Assembly: GCA_016432345.1 (NCBI GenBank) | Contig: CP066685.1 | Coordinates: forward strand, 240,236-304,235 | Direction of reading: 5' to 3' | DNA: 64,000 nt | Source: Candidatus Levyibacteriota bacterium | GTDB lineage: Bacteria; Patescibacteriota; Microgenomatia; Levybacterales; UBA12049 | Shown: positions 1-9,998 of the stretch, piece by piece | Layout: each line of letters opens with the position of its first letter | Numbering within the stretch: the stretch's first letter is position 1 | The notes under the pieces: generated by a model | What the model saw: only the letters and a program-made list of their open reading frames with translations | Told to the model about the DNA's origin: nothing | The model's database searches: none | Made by a program: the position numbers and the translations under genes

Positions 1-1
1 T

Positions 2-226
2 CTTGAATTGAAAAACAAGGGAATTGTTCAAGATATTATTGATAGTATAATTCAGAATAATGACTTGGAACAGGCGAAAAAATTGGTAGTAAAGAAGATA
101 GAGAAATACCAAGAATTACCAAAAAACAAGCTCTACCAAAAATTAGGATCATTTTTGGCTCGACGTGGTTTTAGTTGGGAGACGATAAAAGAGTCCATTG
201 ACGAAGTCGTTAATAAAGAGGTATAA
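2..226 (+). CDS. recX: RecX regulatory protein, C-terminal part (truncated by window start)
   Basis: C-terminal motif QKLGSFLARRGFSWETI matches the RecX K...FL.RRGF signature; the frame is open from the window edge. Confidence 0.75.
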   Translation, partial: LELKNKGIVQDIIDSIIQNNDLEQAKKLVVKKIEKYQELPKNKLYQKLGSFLARRGFSWETIKESIDEVVNKEV

Positions 227-315
227 TTTGTTTATGACAAAGAGGACGCCTGTAAAAACATCTTCTTTTGTAAAGTAATCCACGTTTAAAGCGGCTTCCT
301 CTTATTGTCCAAAAT

Positions 316-1563
316 ATGTCTCAACAGCAAGATATTATTACGCTTGAAAAAAAGCTAATCGACAAAGAGGAAAAACTGGAGGTATTAAAACAAGAACTTC
401 AAGATCTAAAAGAAGAGTATATTGAAAAGCTTGAAGACGCTGCGGGGTTAACTTCTGAAGAAGCAAAAAAAGCTTTACTTTCGGAAATCGAACAAAAAGA
501 AACTCAAACTATTGCCCGTATTATTAAAGAGCGTGAAGAAGAAGCAAGACTTACCGCAGATAAAAAAGCCCAGGAAATTTTGGTTGATAGCATGCGCCAC
601 GGCGCTCTTGATTATATTGCCGAATATACAGTTTCGGTGGTTAAGGTTGAAGAAGAAGATGTAAAAGGAAGAATTATTGGCAAAGAAGGCCGCAATATTC
701 GGGCCTTTGAGCAGGCGACAGGCGTGGATGTTAATTTAGATGAAGAAGGAATTATTAAACTTTCTTCATTTGATCAGGTTCGCCGTGAAATTGCCAGACG
801 GGCTTTAGAAAAACTGGTTAAAGATACTAGAATTCAGCCATTTAGAATTGAGGAAATTGTTGAGCAATCTAAAAAAGAAGTCGAAAAAATTATGCTTGAA
901 GAAGGCGAAAAACTTTCTCACGAAGCAGGGGTATATAATCTATCTGTTGAACTTCTTTCTGTTTTGGGCAGATTCAAATTCCGCACCTCCTACGGGCAAA
1001 ATCTGGTCGTGCATACGCTTGAGGAAACAAAAATTGGTATACATATCGCTCAAGAAGTTGGCGCGGATGCAAATATTGTAAGACTTGGATGTCTTTTCCA
1101 CGATATTGGTAAAGTTGTTAAAGGTGAAGGTAGCCATGTTAAATTAGGAGTTGATCTGTTAAAGCGTTTTAACGTGCCAGAAGCGGTTGTTAATTGTGTG
1201 GCAGAGCATCATGAGGATAAGCCGTTTTCATCGCTGGAGTCGGTAATTGTACATATTGCAGATGCTATTTCCGGCGCCAGGCCGGGCGCTCGATATGAGG
1301 ATTACGAAAATTATGTCAAACGGCTTTCCGATATGGAAAATATTGCCAAAAGATACGAAGGCGTTGAAGACGCCTATGCATTTGAAGCAGGACGAGAACT
1401 TCGGGTAATTATTAATCCCGGCAAACTCGATGATGCGCAGACAGTGTTGATTGCTAATAAAATTAGGGAAGAAGCAACCAAGTCCTTAGCAGTGCCAGGA
1501 GAAATAAAAGTAACAGCCATTCGTGAATTCCGCGCTGTTTCTCCCGAACAATCTGCTGTTTAG
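316..1563 (+). CDS. rny: Ribonuclease Y
   Basis: Coiled coil, KH domain (KGRIIGKEGRNIR), HD domain (FRTSYGQN, HDIGK, ADAISGARPGAR). Confidence 0.95.
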   Translation: MSQQQDIITLEKKLIDKEEKLEVLKQELQDLKEEYIEKLEDAAGLTSEEAKKALLSEIEQKETQTIARIIKEREEEARLTADKKAQEILVDSMRHGALDYIAEYTVSVVKVEEEDVKGRIIGKEGRNIRAFEQATGVDVNLDEEGIIKLSSFDQVRREIARRALEKLVKDTRIQPFRIEEIVEQSKKEVEKIMLEEGEKLSHEAGVYNLSVELLSVLGRFKFRTSYGQNLVVHTLEETKIGIHIAQEVGADANIVRLGCLFHDIGKVVKGEGSHVKLGVDLLKRFNVPEAVVNCVAEHHEDKPFSSLESVIVHIADAISGARPGARYEDYENYVKRLSDMENIAKRYEGVEDAYAFEAGRELRVIINPGKLDDAQTVLIANKIREEATKSLAVPGEIKVTAIREFRAVSPEQSAV

Positions 1564-1652
1564 CATTTACCATCTTGACAAAGTGTTTGTTTTCATTGTA
1601 TTGTTGAGCTAAATTAATCTGCATGTATTTTTAATCTTCTGCCCGGAGGGGG

Positions 1653-1934
1653 GTGAAGAAGTTGACAAAAAAAGACTTAATAGAATTAGTAGCAAAAAAA
1701 GCAAATCTTACCAATAAGGCCGCGCGAGATTCTGTAGCTGCTTTTTTAAATGCAATTCGTGATTCATTAAAACGCGGAGAAAAAGTGGTCATAACAGGAT
1801 TTGGCACATTTTCGGTGAGAAACCGCGCGACTCGGCCAGGACGAAATCCTAAAACTGGAGAAAAAATAACCATCCAAGCTCGAAAAGCTCCTGGATTCAC
1901 ACCAGGAAAAACACTTAAAAAAGTGGTAAGATAA
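1653..1934 (+). CDS. hup: HU family DNA-binding protein (start may be TTG at 1662)
   Basis: GFGTF...R.GRNPKTGE...FTPGKTLK signature; G-rich SD upstream; TTGACA at 1575-1580. Confidence 0.95.
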   Translation: MKKLTKKDLIELVAKKANLTNKAARDSVAAFLNAIRDSLKRGEKVVITGFGTFSVRNRATRPGRNPKTGEKITIQARKAPGFTPGKTLKKVVR

Positions 1935-1948
1935 ATTCACACAATATA

Positions 1949-1985
1949 AAAAGAAGCTTCCTAAGTTAATTAGGTGGCTTCTTTT
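1949..1985 (+). terminator. Intrinsic terminator after hup
   Basis: AAAAGAAGC..CCTAA-loop-TTAGG..GCTTCTTTT inverted repeat ending in a T-tract. Confidence 0.7.
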
Positions 1986-1999
1986 GGTATAATTAAATC

Positions 2000-2072
2000 A
2001 GCGTTTAGTTAATAGCGTCTAGCGTTTAGTTTTTTTCGTAACTATACGCTAATTTGCTAGACGCTAAACGCT
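2000..2072. repeat. Inverted array of heptamer repeats (AGCGTYT units and their reverse complements)
   Basis: agcgttt/agcgtct/agcgttt on the left arm; atacgct/agacgct/aaacgct on the right arm. Confidence 0.75.
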
Positions 2073-2075
2073 TTT

Positions 2076-3044
2076 ATGATTATTTCTGTTTCTCATCTTT
2101 CAAAATATTATCAGGTTTATAAAAAAGAACCTGGATTATGGAGGTCTGTTTCTTCTTTTTTTGCCAGAAAATACGAAACAATAAAAGCAGTAGAAGATAT
2201 ATCATTTTCTATTACCGAAGGAGAGTTAGTTGGTTTTATTGGTCCAAACGGCGCTGGTAAAACAACCACGCTTAAATGTTTGTCCGGGCTTTTGTATCCA
2301 ACACATGGAAGTATATCGGTTTTAGGATTTACACCCTACGAGAGAAAATATGCCTATCTTAAACAAATGTCCCTAGTTATGGGACAGAAGAATCAGTTGT
2401 GGTGGGATTTGCCAGTGATTGAAAGTATTGAGTTGTATAAAGAAATCTACAATGTTTCTGATAATGAATATAAAAAATCACTTTTGGAATTAACAGAACT
2501 TTTGGAAGTTAAAGATTTGCTGCGAGTGCAAGTAAAAAAATTATCGCTGGGGGAGCGAATGAAATGTGAACTTTTGGCAGCGCTTATTCATCGGCCAAAA
2601 GTTTTATTTTTGGACGAACCAACAATTGGTTTAGACGTTGTTATGCAAAAAAAATTGCGGGAGTTTATTAAAGAATATAACAAGCGATATAAAGCAACAA
2701 TTATGCTAACCAGTCATTACATGAGAGATGTAGAGGCATTGTGTAAGCGAGTAATAATTATTAATCATGGGAAAATGCTATACGATGGAGAGCTTTTAGA
2801 ACTTATTAAAAAACATGCTCCATATAAATTGATTAAAGTTATTTTAAAAGAATCAATTAACATTAAGAGAATAGAGCAATTGGGAGAAGTATTACATTTT
2901 TCTTATCCGGAATTTATTTTACGGGTAGATCATAAAAAAATGGGGCAAGCTGCCACCAAAATTTTGGAAGAATTTCCGGTAGAGGATGTAACGATAGAAG
3001 ATCCAGATATGGAGTATGTTATTAGGGGCATGTTTACAAAATAA
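2076..3044 (+). CDS. ABC transporter ATP-binding protein
   Basis: Walker A GPNGAGKTT, signature LSLGE, Walker B LFLDEPT. Confidence 0.95.
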   Translation: MIISVSHLSKYYQVYKKEPGLWRSVSSFFARKYETIKAVEDISFSITEGELVGFIGPNGAGKTTTLKCLSGLLYPTHGSISVLGFTPYERKYAYLKQMSLVMGQKNQLWWDLPVIESIELYKEIYNVSDNEYKKSLLELTELLEVKDLLRVQVKKLSLGERMKCELLAALIHRPKVLFLDEPTIGLDVVMQKKLREFIKEYNKRYKATIMLTSHYMRDVEALCKRVIIINHGKMLYDGELLELIKKHAPYKLIKVILKESINIKRIEQLGEVLHFSYPEFILRVDHKKMGQAATKILEEFPVEDVTIEDPDMEYVIRGMFTK

Positions 3045-3045
3045 A

Positions 3046-3840
3046 ATGAGAAAATATTTTTTAGTTATCACAAATACATGGAACGAAATACTGACTTATC
3101 GGCTTAGTTTTATTTTATGGAGACTGCGGACAGTTTTACAGCTTTTAACAATATACTTTCTTTGGTCATCTTTAATACCGCATCAAAAAACACTTTTTGG
3201 CTACTCGCAGTCGCTAATGCTTACCTATGTTATTGGGACTTCATTTATTAGCTCGATTGTTCTTTCGACCAGAACTCACGAAATTGGAGAAAATATAAAC
3301 AGCGGAAATTTATCTGCCTTTTTGGCAAGACCAATCGGATATTTTGGTTATTGGTTTGCGCGGGATATGGGAGATAAATTAGGAAATATTACGTTTTCTC
3401 TTATTGAGCTAGCTTTTTTATTTTTTCTTATTAATCCTCCTTTATTTTTCCAAACAGATGTTATATATTTGTTATTTTTTATTACCACTATTTTTTTAGG
3501 GATTATATTACATTTTTGCATTGGATCGCTTCTTGGTATGATCGGTTTTTGGAGTCCCGAAGTATGGGCGCCAAGATTTATTTTTTTTATCTTAATTGGT
3601 TTTTTTGCCGGTTCTTTATTTCCTTTAGATATATTTCCAAAACCAATATTTAATTTATTGCAATTTATGCCATTTTCTTACCTATTGTTTTTCCCATTAA
3701 AAATATATCTTGGTCAATTATCTGTGCCGCAAATAATGCAAGGAATAAGTATTTCGCTTGTATGGATTATTTTTTTGTCTGGTTGTCTTTATTTTGTTTG
3801 GAGAAAAGGACTTAAAATGTATACGGCATATGGAAATTAA
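3046..3840 (+). CDS. ABC-2 family permease (DUF990/ABC2_membrane_6-like)
   Basis: Six-TM protein downstream of the ATPase; G.LFPL..FP and PF.Y..F.P motifs; ATG at 3046 follows the ATPase stop. Confidence 0.85.
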   Translation: MRKYFLVITNTWNEILTYRLSFILWRLRTVLQLLTIYFLWSSLIPHQKTLFGYSQSLMLTYVIGTSFISSIVLSTRTHEIGENINSGNLSAFLARPIGYFGYWFARDMGDKLGNITFSLIELAFLFFLINPPLFFQTDVIYLLFFITTIFLGIILHFCIGSLLGMIGFWSPEVWAPRFIFFILIGFFAGSLFPLDIFPKPIFNLLQFMPFSYLLFFPLKIYLGQLSVPQIMQGISISLVWIIFLSGCLYFVWRKGLKMYTAYGN

Positions 3841-4618
3841 AAGATATTTTAGATTGTGGTTATTATTTACCCGCTTAACTACAATGGTAGCGTTTCAATC
3901 TCGGTTTGGGGCGATCGTATTTTTATTTGGTAAACTTTTGCGTTTTTTATTTTTTTTATTGTTTATTGTTGTTTTGGTGTCTAAAACACAAACACTGGTT
4001 GGTTATTCTATTTGGCAAATTGTTTTTTTCTTTGCCACATTTAACTTGATTGACACAATACCACAGCTTCTTTGGCGAGAAGTGTACAGATTTAGGAGTT
4101 ATGTGGTAAGTGGATTTTTTGATTATATTATTACCAAGCCAATTTCACCTCTTTTTCGAAGTCTTTTTGGCGGAAGTGATATACTTGATATCGTCATGCT
4201 TATTATTTCTTTTATTTTTATTTTTTTCTCCGCAGCAAAGTTAGAAATACTTACTCTTATGGGAATAATTAGTTTTTGCGCGCTTGTTTTAAATGCGATG
4301 GTTATATCGCTTGCATTGCATATTTTTGTACTTTCAATTGGTATTCTGACAACAGAAATTGATAATGCTATTATGTTGTATCGGGACTTAACGCAAATGG
4401 GGCGGTTGCCAATTGATGTATATGCACAACCCCTAAGAGGGTTTTTGACATTTATTATACCGGTTGGAATTATGATTACCTTTCCGGCAAAAGCTATCAT
4501 GGGTTTGTTATCTTGGCAGATGTTGATTTTTTCTTTTGCAGCTGGTTTGACATTTTTTATTTTGAGTCTTTTTTGCTGGAATTTTGCTCTTAAACACTAT
4601 GCAAGCGTTAGTAGTTAA
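3830..4618 (+). CDS. ABC-2 family permease
   Basis: SGFFDYIITKPISP and TFIIPVG...FPA motifs; likely start MEIKRY at 3830. Confidence 0.85.
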   Translation: MEIKRYFRLWLLFTRLTTMVAFQSRFGAIVFLFGKLLRFLFFLLFIVVLVSKTQTLVGYSIWQIVFFFATFNLIDTIPQLLWREVYRFRSYVVSGFFDYIITKPISPLFRSLFGGSDILDIVMLIISFIFIFFSAAKLEILTLMGIISFCALVLNAMVISLALHIFVLSIGILTTEIDNAIMLYRDLTQMGRLPIDVYAQPLRGFLTFIIPVGIMITFPAKAIMGLLSWQMLIFSFAAGLTFFILSLFCWNFALKHYASVSS

Positions 4619-4621
4619 ACT

Positions 4622-4630
4622 TGCTATAAT
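4622..4630 (+). promoter_or_regulatory. Extended -10 promoter (TGcTATAAT), 6 nt before ATG; probable leaderless transcript
   Basis: Perfect TGnTATAAT; ATG at 4637; no SD. Confidence 0.65.
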
Positions 4631-4636
4631 AGAGTT

Positions 4637-5677
4637 ATGACTATCAGGTTACGTACGGCATTTTTTATTGTTTTAGGTATTTTACTGTTGTGGTTTTTGT
4701 ATCTGGAGAGAGAAATTCTTACTCCCTTTGTTTTAGCGGGCATTTTTGCTTATGTTTTTAATCCAATTGTTAACTTTCTTTCTCATAAAATACGACTGCC
4801 AAGAATTTTGTCTATTATTATTATTTATGCCATTATTATTGGCTGCATTGTTACAATTGCGATTGCCTTAACAAGCCGAGTATTAGAAGAATCTTCGCAG
4901 TTAACAGGTTATGTGCACGATGTAACCATACAAATTGAAGAGCAAATCAAGACCCTTCCTGATTGGATTGCGCCTGCAGCAAAAGATGCGCTTATTTCTA
5001 TTCGAAAATCAATGCTTTTTTCTCCAGAATACCTGCTTACTCTTTTCCCTCAAGCCATATCCAGAATTGTTAGTTTTATTCTGTTTCTTTTTTCCGGATT
5101 CTTTTTCTTAAAAGAAGGCGCGGGTATGTTTGAAAAGGCATTAACTTTTGTTCCTAACGATTACAAAATCGAGGTAGAAATACTTTTTCGAAGAATAAAT
5201 GCAGTCCTTAACGGGTATTTACGCGGACAAATTTTTATGGTGTTTTTGGTTTCTTTAATATTGTTTATTGCGCTTTCTGTTTTGGGTGTTAAGTTTGCCC
5301 TTATTTTGGCCATATTCTCGGGCATTGCCGAAATTGTGCCGATTGTTGGCCCAATTGTCGCAACATCAATAGCGGCGCTTATTACTTTTTTTAGCGGGAC
5401 AGGGAATTTTGCATTTTCTCCATTACAGGGAGCAATTGTTGTGGTTATTGTCTATACTGTTACCAGGCAATTGCAGGATTATTTTGTTATACCCTATATT
5501 TTAGGAAGAATAACAAAATTACACCCTTTGGTTATTTTATTTTCTGTTCTTGCGGGAGAACATTTGATAGGGCCGCTTGGTCTTATACTTGCGGTTCCAA
5601 TCGCAGCCACACTTAAAATACTGCTTGAGTATTCTATAGATAAGGTAAACGACCGAGCGAGTATTAAAAAATCCTAG
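4637..5677 (+). CDS. AI-2E family transporter (UPF0118)
   Basis: Multi-TM protein with GYLRGQ, EIVPIVGP and LHPLVILFSVL.G..L.G..G.ILAVP motifs. Confidence 0.9.
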   Translation: MTIRLRTAFFIVLGILLLWFLYLEREILTPFVLAGIFAYVFNPIVNFLSHKIRLPRILSIIIIYAIIIGCIVTIAIALTSRVLEESSQLTGYVHDVTIQIEEQIKTLPDWIAPAAKDALISIRKSMLFSPEYLLTLFPQAISRIVSFILFLFSGFFFLKEGAGMFEKALTFVPNDYKIEVEILFRRINAVLNGYLRGQIFMVFLVSLILFIALSVLGVKFALILAIFSGIAEIVPIVGPIVATSIAALITFFSGTGNFAFSPLQGAIVVVIVYTVTRQLQDYFVIPYILGRITKLHPLVILFSVLAGEHLIGPLGLILAVPIAATLKILLEYSIDKVNDRASIKKS

Positions 5678-5992
5678 GAAGTGAGTAAGCCAGATTTTGT
5701 TTTTATCGCAATCTATCTATGCCCTCAAACTTTGATGCTCCCGTAAAGCAGGTAATAACGCACCATTCGGAGGTTGCAGCAGGTAGGATTGCCCGTTTCA
5801 CTCCCACTCGTCTCTGTTGCTCTCAAGTTTTGTTAGTTCAAAACCTGCTCTACACTCCAACACGTGGGTAAAAAGTGTAGAGACCGGCTATTGCTAGCCA
5901 GAGCTTACGCCCTGTCCCCGGCTTTACACCTGTCTGGACTTTCCTGTGTATTCATGAATCTGAACACACTAGCGATTCTTCTTCCTAGGATT
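5670..5992 (-). ncRNA. rnpB: RNase P RNA
   Basis: Minus strand has AGGAAAGUCC (5945-5936) and the 3' ACAAAAUCUGGCUUAC; P1 helix is formed by AATCCTAGGAAG (5670-5681) and CTTCCTAGGATT (5981-5992). Confidence 0.9.
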
Positions 5993-5998
5993 AACTAA

Positions 5999-8896
5999 TT
6001 ATAGCACATGACAGAGCATTTTGTATTCGCAGTTTTGGCAGAAGATTGATTTACTGCAGGCAAAGCTGCTTGTTTCTATTTCTTCTAATTTGGTAAAAAT
6101 AAGTTCTTTTGCTTTTTCTAAATCTTCACGAGTCCTTTGTGTTGTTATTTTTTTTCCTTCTTCAATATAATCGAGTGTCAACAGCACATCTTCTGGATTT
6201 CTGTTAAATAGCGCATCGTTAACATTCATGGCAGCTAAGGCATACATGGTTAATTGCAGATTGGCAGCAAGATCGTTTTCTTTTGGCATATTACTGCCGG
6301 TTTTGTAATCGATAATTTCAATTTTATTTCCTTCAATTTTGTCAACTCTGTCTATTCTTCCGCCAATCTTAATAACTCTTTTTCGATTTAAATCTTTTAG
6401 AAAAAACTGAAAAGAAACCTCAACGCCAAGTGGAGATATGTTGGTTGTTGGATTATTTTCTAAGTAATTTGTAAGAACATATTTTGCTTTTTCAAATGCT
6501 TTATTGTGGTGTTGTTTATTTGCATACCCTTCATTAATCCAGTGTTTTTCTAAAAACCCAATAATTTCTTTTTTGTCCGGTTTTCTTCCCTGAATTAATT
6601 CTTGATAAAAATCTCTTAGCGCTGAGTGAATACTTGTGCCAAAGCTTAACGCCGCCGTTGGTTCTGATGGAATTTTTAAAATATATCTTAATTTGTAATG
6701 TAAAGGACATATATCAAAACACTGCAGTTGCGAGAAAGAGAGATAAGTTATAGGGATAACATCAAGACTTTTAATTTTTGCTGTTTCTTTTTGACTTGTT
6801 TTTTCTGCCCATTCTAACAATGATTCTTGAACAGCAGTTTTTTCTAATTTTACTTTTGCAAGTTTTTTTACAACATACGATTCTCCGAGTGTTTCATAAA
6901 CGAATGGAGAAATCTTCCGTTCGCGTTTTCCTTCGCCATAGTATTTTGCGCCAGTTAAAAAAAGGATGTCTTGGGCCCTGGTCATGCCAACATAAAAAAG
7001 CCGTCGTTCTTCTTGAAGGTGATAATCTCCCACAGGTAAGATTTCTTTTATGAGTTCTTGAGGAATGGGAATCTGCTCTTTACGTTCTCTTGTTGGGAAG
7101 CGTTGGTTTACCAGATTTACTAAAAAAACAATTGGAAACTCAAGACCCTTACTGGAATGGATAGTTAAAATGTTTACTGCATTGTTATCTGCCCAGTCGG
7201 TATTAGAAGATAGCGGACTCTCCCCCATTTGCATAGAAAGATCAATCCAATCAATAACTGCAAATACGCTTGCGTCTTCGTGTTCGACCTCGTACGTTTT
7301 TAGCTTATCAAAAAATTTGGCAATATTTTTTGCTCTCCTTTCTTCTATTTCATTTTTAGTTTGTAAAAGCTGCGGTAGGATTTTTGAGTCTTGAAGAAAA
7401 TAGTAGAGGATTTGTCCCGCAGTATCTTTTGACAGTCTTCCTAAATGTTGCTTTATCATAGCAACTATTTTTTTTAATATCTCTTTTGATTCTTCTGTAA
7501 GATTTGTTTCATCTGCTTTTTCTAGTGCTTCAAAAAGCGTTAAGTTTTTTTTCTTAGCAAAAATAAGAACTGCGGCGATATCTCGTGGTTCAATCTTAAA
7601 TATAGTCATGTTGAGGATGCGGTATAAAGAAGCTGTGTCTTCAAAGTTATATAGTACTTTTAGATAGGCAATTAGATCCTTAATTTCTTCTTGGTGAAAC
7701 AGTTGTCCGGGACCTAAAAATTGGTATGGAATGTGGGCTCGTTCAAAACTGCGGACAAAGGATTGGGCGTGGTCGTTGGCCCTAACCAAAATAGCAATAT
7801 CGTTGTAATGATAATCGGCGACAAGTTCTTTTATTTCTTTAGCAACCTGTTCTGCTTCATCCTCTACTCTTTCTGTAAATATCAGCTTAATTGGTTCTCC
7901 TTTGATGTTTCGTACAGATGTTAGTTTTTTGTCTACTTTTTCTTTTACCTCCAGCCTGTCTGGGTTGTTCTGCTGGATAAGTAAATATGATTTATTAAGA
8001 ATTTCCTGTGTAGATCGGTAATTTTCTGTTAGTGTGATAACTTTGCATTTTGGAAACTGCTTTCGAAACTGAATAATGTTGGATATTGCCGCCCCCCGCC
8101 ATCTGTAAATTGCTTGGTCATCGTCTCCGACAACTGTAATATTTTTTCTTTCTCCGGCTAAAAGAATAGCGAGTTGATTTTGAGCGAAATTTGTATCTTG
8201 AAATTCGTCAACAAGGATATATTTAAATTGTTCTTGATATATTTTAAGGATGTTATTTCTGGTTCTAAAAAGTTTTAGGGTATTGGCAATAAGGTCAGAA
8301 AAGTCCATCATGCTTTCTTTAGTTTTTAATTCTTCATATGCTTGGTAAGCATATGCCAACTCCAAGTTTTTTTTTACCTCGTCGCCGTTTTGACTTTGAG
8401 CCCAACTTAGGTATTCATTGGGCGATACGTCTTCATCTTTTAGTCTGGAAAAATGCTGCAGCATTCCTTCTAAAAACTTATGGGGATTACCCAAAGGCCG
8501 AAAGTAATCAAGACTAAATTGAAAAAGATGTTTTCGAAGAAAAAGAATTGCCTCTGTTTCTGTAATAAGCGTATAGTTGGGATTAAGGCCAATATTTATT
8601 GCTTCACTTCTCAAAATCCGATCACAGAAGGCGTGGAATGTGGCAATCCACATCTGCGTATAACCATATGGCATTACCACATCAATTCTCTCTTCCATTT
8701 CGCGGCTTGCTTTTTCGGTGAATGTAAGAGCTAAAATGTTTGATGGATGAATATTCTTTTCAAGAATGAGGTATTTAATACGTTCTGTTATAACTGTTGT
8801 TTTGCCGCTTCCTGCGCCCGCAATAATAAGCAATGGTCCTTCTCCATATTTTACTGCTAAAAGCTGCTTTTTATTGAGGATTCGTCCGTTGACCAT
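5999..8896 (-). CDS. UvrD/PcrA-like SF1 helicase fused to a C-terminal PD-(D/E)XK nuclease
   Basis: AGAGSGKT, VDEFQDTN, TIHSSKGLEF, EERRLFYVGMTRA; C-terminal GRIDRVD...IIDYKTG nuclease motif and Cys cluster (CP...C..C...C). Confidence 0.92.
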   Translation of the reverse strand: MVNGRILNKKQLLAVKYGEGPLLIIAGAGSGKTTVITERIKYLILEKNIHPSNILALTFTEKASREMEERIDVVMPYGYTQMWIATFHAFCDRILRSEAINIGLNPNYTLITETEAILFLRKHLFQFSLDYFRPLGNPHKFLEGMLQHFSRLKDEDVSPNEYLSWAQSQNGDEVKKNLELAYAYQAYEELKTKESMMDFSDLIANTLKLFRTRNNILKIYQEQFKYILVDEFQDTNFAQNQLAILLAGERKNITVVGDDDQAIYRWRGAAISNIIQFRKQFPKCKVITLTENYRSTQEILNKSYLLIQQNNPDRLEVKEKVDKKLTSVRNIKGEPIKLIFTERVEDEAEQVAKEIKELVADYHYNDIAILVRANDHAQSFVRSFERAHIPYQFLGPGQLFHQEEIKDLIAYLKVLYNFEDTASLYRILNMTIFKIEPRDIAAVLIFAKKKNLTLFEALEKADETNLTEESKEILKKIVAMIKQHLGRLSKDTAGQILYYFLQDSKILPQLLQTKNEIEERRAKNIAKFFDKLKTYEVEHEDASVFAVIDWIDLSMQMGESPLSSNTDWADNNAVNILTIHSSKGLEFPIVFLVNLVNQRFPTRERKEQIPIPQELIKEILPVGDYHLQEERRLFYVGMTRAQDILFLTGAKYYGEGKRERKISPFVYETLGESYVVKKLAKVKLEKTAVQESLLEWAEKTSQKETAKIKSLDVIPITYLSFSQLQCFDICPLHYKLRYILKIPSEPTAALSFGTSIHSALRDFYQELIQGRKPDKKEIIGFLEKHWINEGYANKQHHNKAFEKAKYVLTNYLENNPTTNISPLGVEVSFQFFLKDLNRKRVIKIGGRIDRVDKIEGNKIEIIDYKTGSNMPKENDLAANLQLTMYALAAMNVNDALFNRNPEDVLLTLDYIEEGKKITTQRTREDLEKAKELIFTKLEEIETSSFACSKSIFCQNCEYKMLCHVL

Positions 8897-8926
8897 GCAG
8901 TTATTTTACCACAAGTAATTTTTTTC

Positions 8927-9892
8927 TTATTCTTCCAACCTTTTTGTAGTTTGTAATTTATAACCAAGTTGAGAAAATCCAGTTATAACATTATGAAATT
9001 GAGACGCGGCATTATTCAAATGTTTTCCTAAAACACCTAAATTTTCATCAACTTTTTCGTAATCAATCTGCAATGCCTGCAAAAGTCGAAAAACATCTTT
9101 GGCGTGAGCCTCGATTTTTTTCCCTTCAAAAGACAGCAGAATTGTTTGTAAGTGCATATATAAAGTGCTGGGAGAAACAATATAAATCCGGTTGCGTTTG
9201 GCATACTCCATAATTTCAACATTATTTACAACTTCGTAATACACCGATTCACTGGGTACATACATCAAGGCAAAATCCATAGTGCCTTCCTCTGGCAAAA
9301 TATATTTTTTGGCAATTGTTTCGATGTGTTTTTTAATATCCCGAATAAATTCTTTTTCAACTGATTCTCGTTCGGTTTTATTTTCGGCTTTTATCATTTT
9401 CTGGAAGTTTTCCATCGGGAATTTGGCGTCAATTGGTAAAATGCCGGCATCAGTTTTAATGGCCGCATCAACTTTTTCTCCGGATTTAAATTGGTATTGT
9501 AAATTAAAACTGTTTTTGGGAAACATTTGAGAAATTAAATCTTTTAATACTTGCTCGCCAATGTTGCCCCGCAGTTTGGGGCTTTTTAAAAAATCTTGCA
9601 GCTCTTTCATGCTGCGGCCAATTTCAGACATTTGCCCAACTTCTCGTCCGACATCTTTAATTACTATTGCTGCCCGATCAAGTCGTTCATTTAATTGTTT
9701 TGAGTTTTCTTGCAGAATCTTTGTCATATCCGTCGAGCTTGTCTGCATAGAAGTCTGCATGCTTTTAAGCCAGGCAATAAGAGTCTCGTCTTGTTTGCTT
9801 TTTCCAAGATCAGAAAGTTTTTTATTCAGGAAATAAATCACAATTCCAAAACCGAGGATAATAAGGATAATTACCGGCAGCAAGTTTTCCAT
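8927..9892 (-). CDS. rmuC: DNA recombination protein RmuC
   Basis: N-terminal TM helix; RGNIGE, PIDAKFP, KYILPEEGTMDFALMYVPSESVY and VSPST motifs. Confidence 0.92.
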   Translation of the reverse strand: MENLLPVIILIILGFGIVIYFLNKKLSDLGKSKQDETLIAWLKSMQTSMQTSSTDMTKILQENSKQLNERLDRAAIVIKDVGREVGQMSEIGRSMKELQDFLKSPKLRGNIGEQVLKDLISQMFPKNSFNLQYQFKSGEKVDAAIKTDAGILPIDAKFPMENFQKMIKAENKTERESVEKEFIRDIKKHIETIAKKYILPEEGTMDFALMYVPSESVYYEVVNNVEIMEYAKRNRIYIVSPSTLYMHLQTILLSFEGKKIEAHAKDVFRLLQALQIDYEKVDENLGVLGKHLNNAASQFHNVITGFSQLGYKLQTTKRLEE

Positions 9893-9942
9893 GGGCATTT
9901 ATTCTACCATATTATGGTAAAGATACAATAATAAGAGTGTTA

Positions 9943-9990
9943 AATCTGAATTTATTTTAATCTTTCGAAAGATCATAGTAAATTCAGATT
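9943..9990. promoter_or_regulatory. 48-bp imperfect palindrome centred on TCTTTCGAAAGA (copy 1); candidate operator
   Basis: AATCTGAATTTA...ATCTTTCGAAAGAT...TAAATTCAGATT; the 21-bp core 9960-9980 is identical to 10470-10490. Confidence 0.65.
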
Positions 9991-9998
9991 AAATCTTA

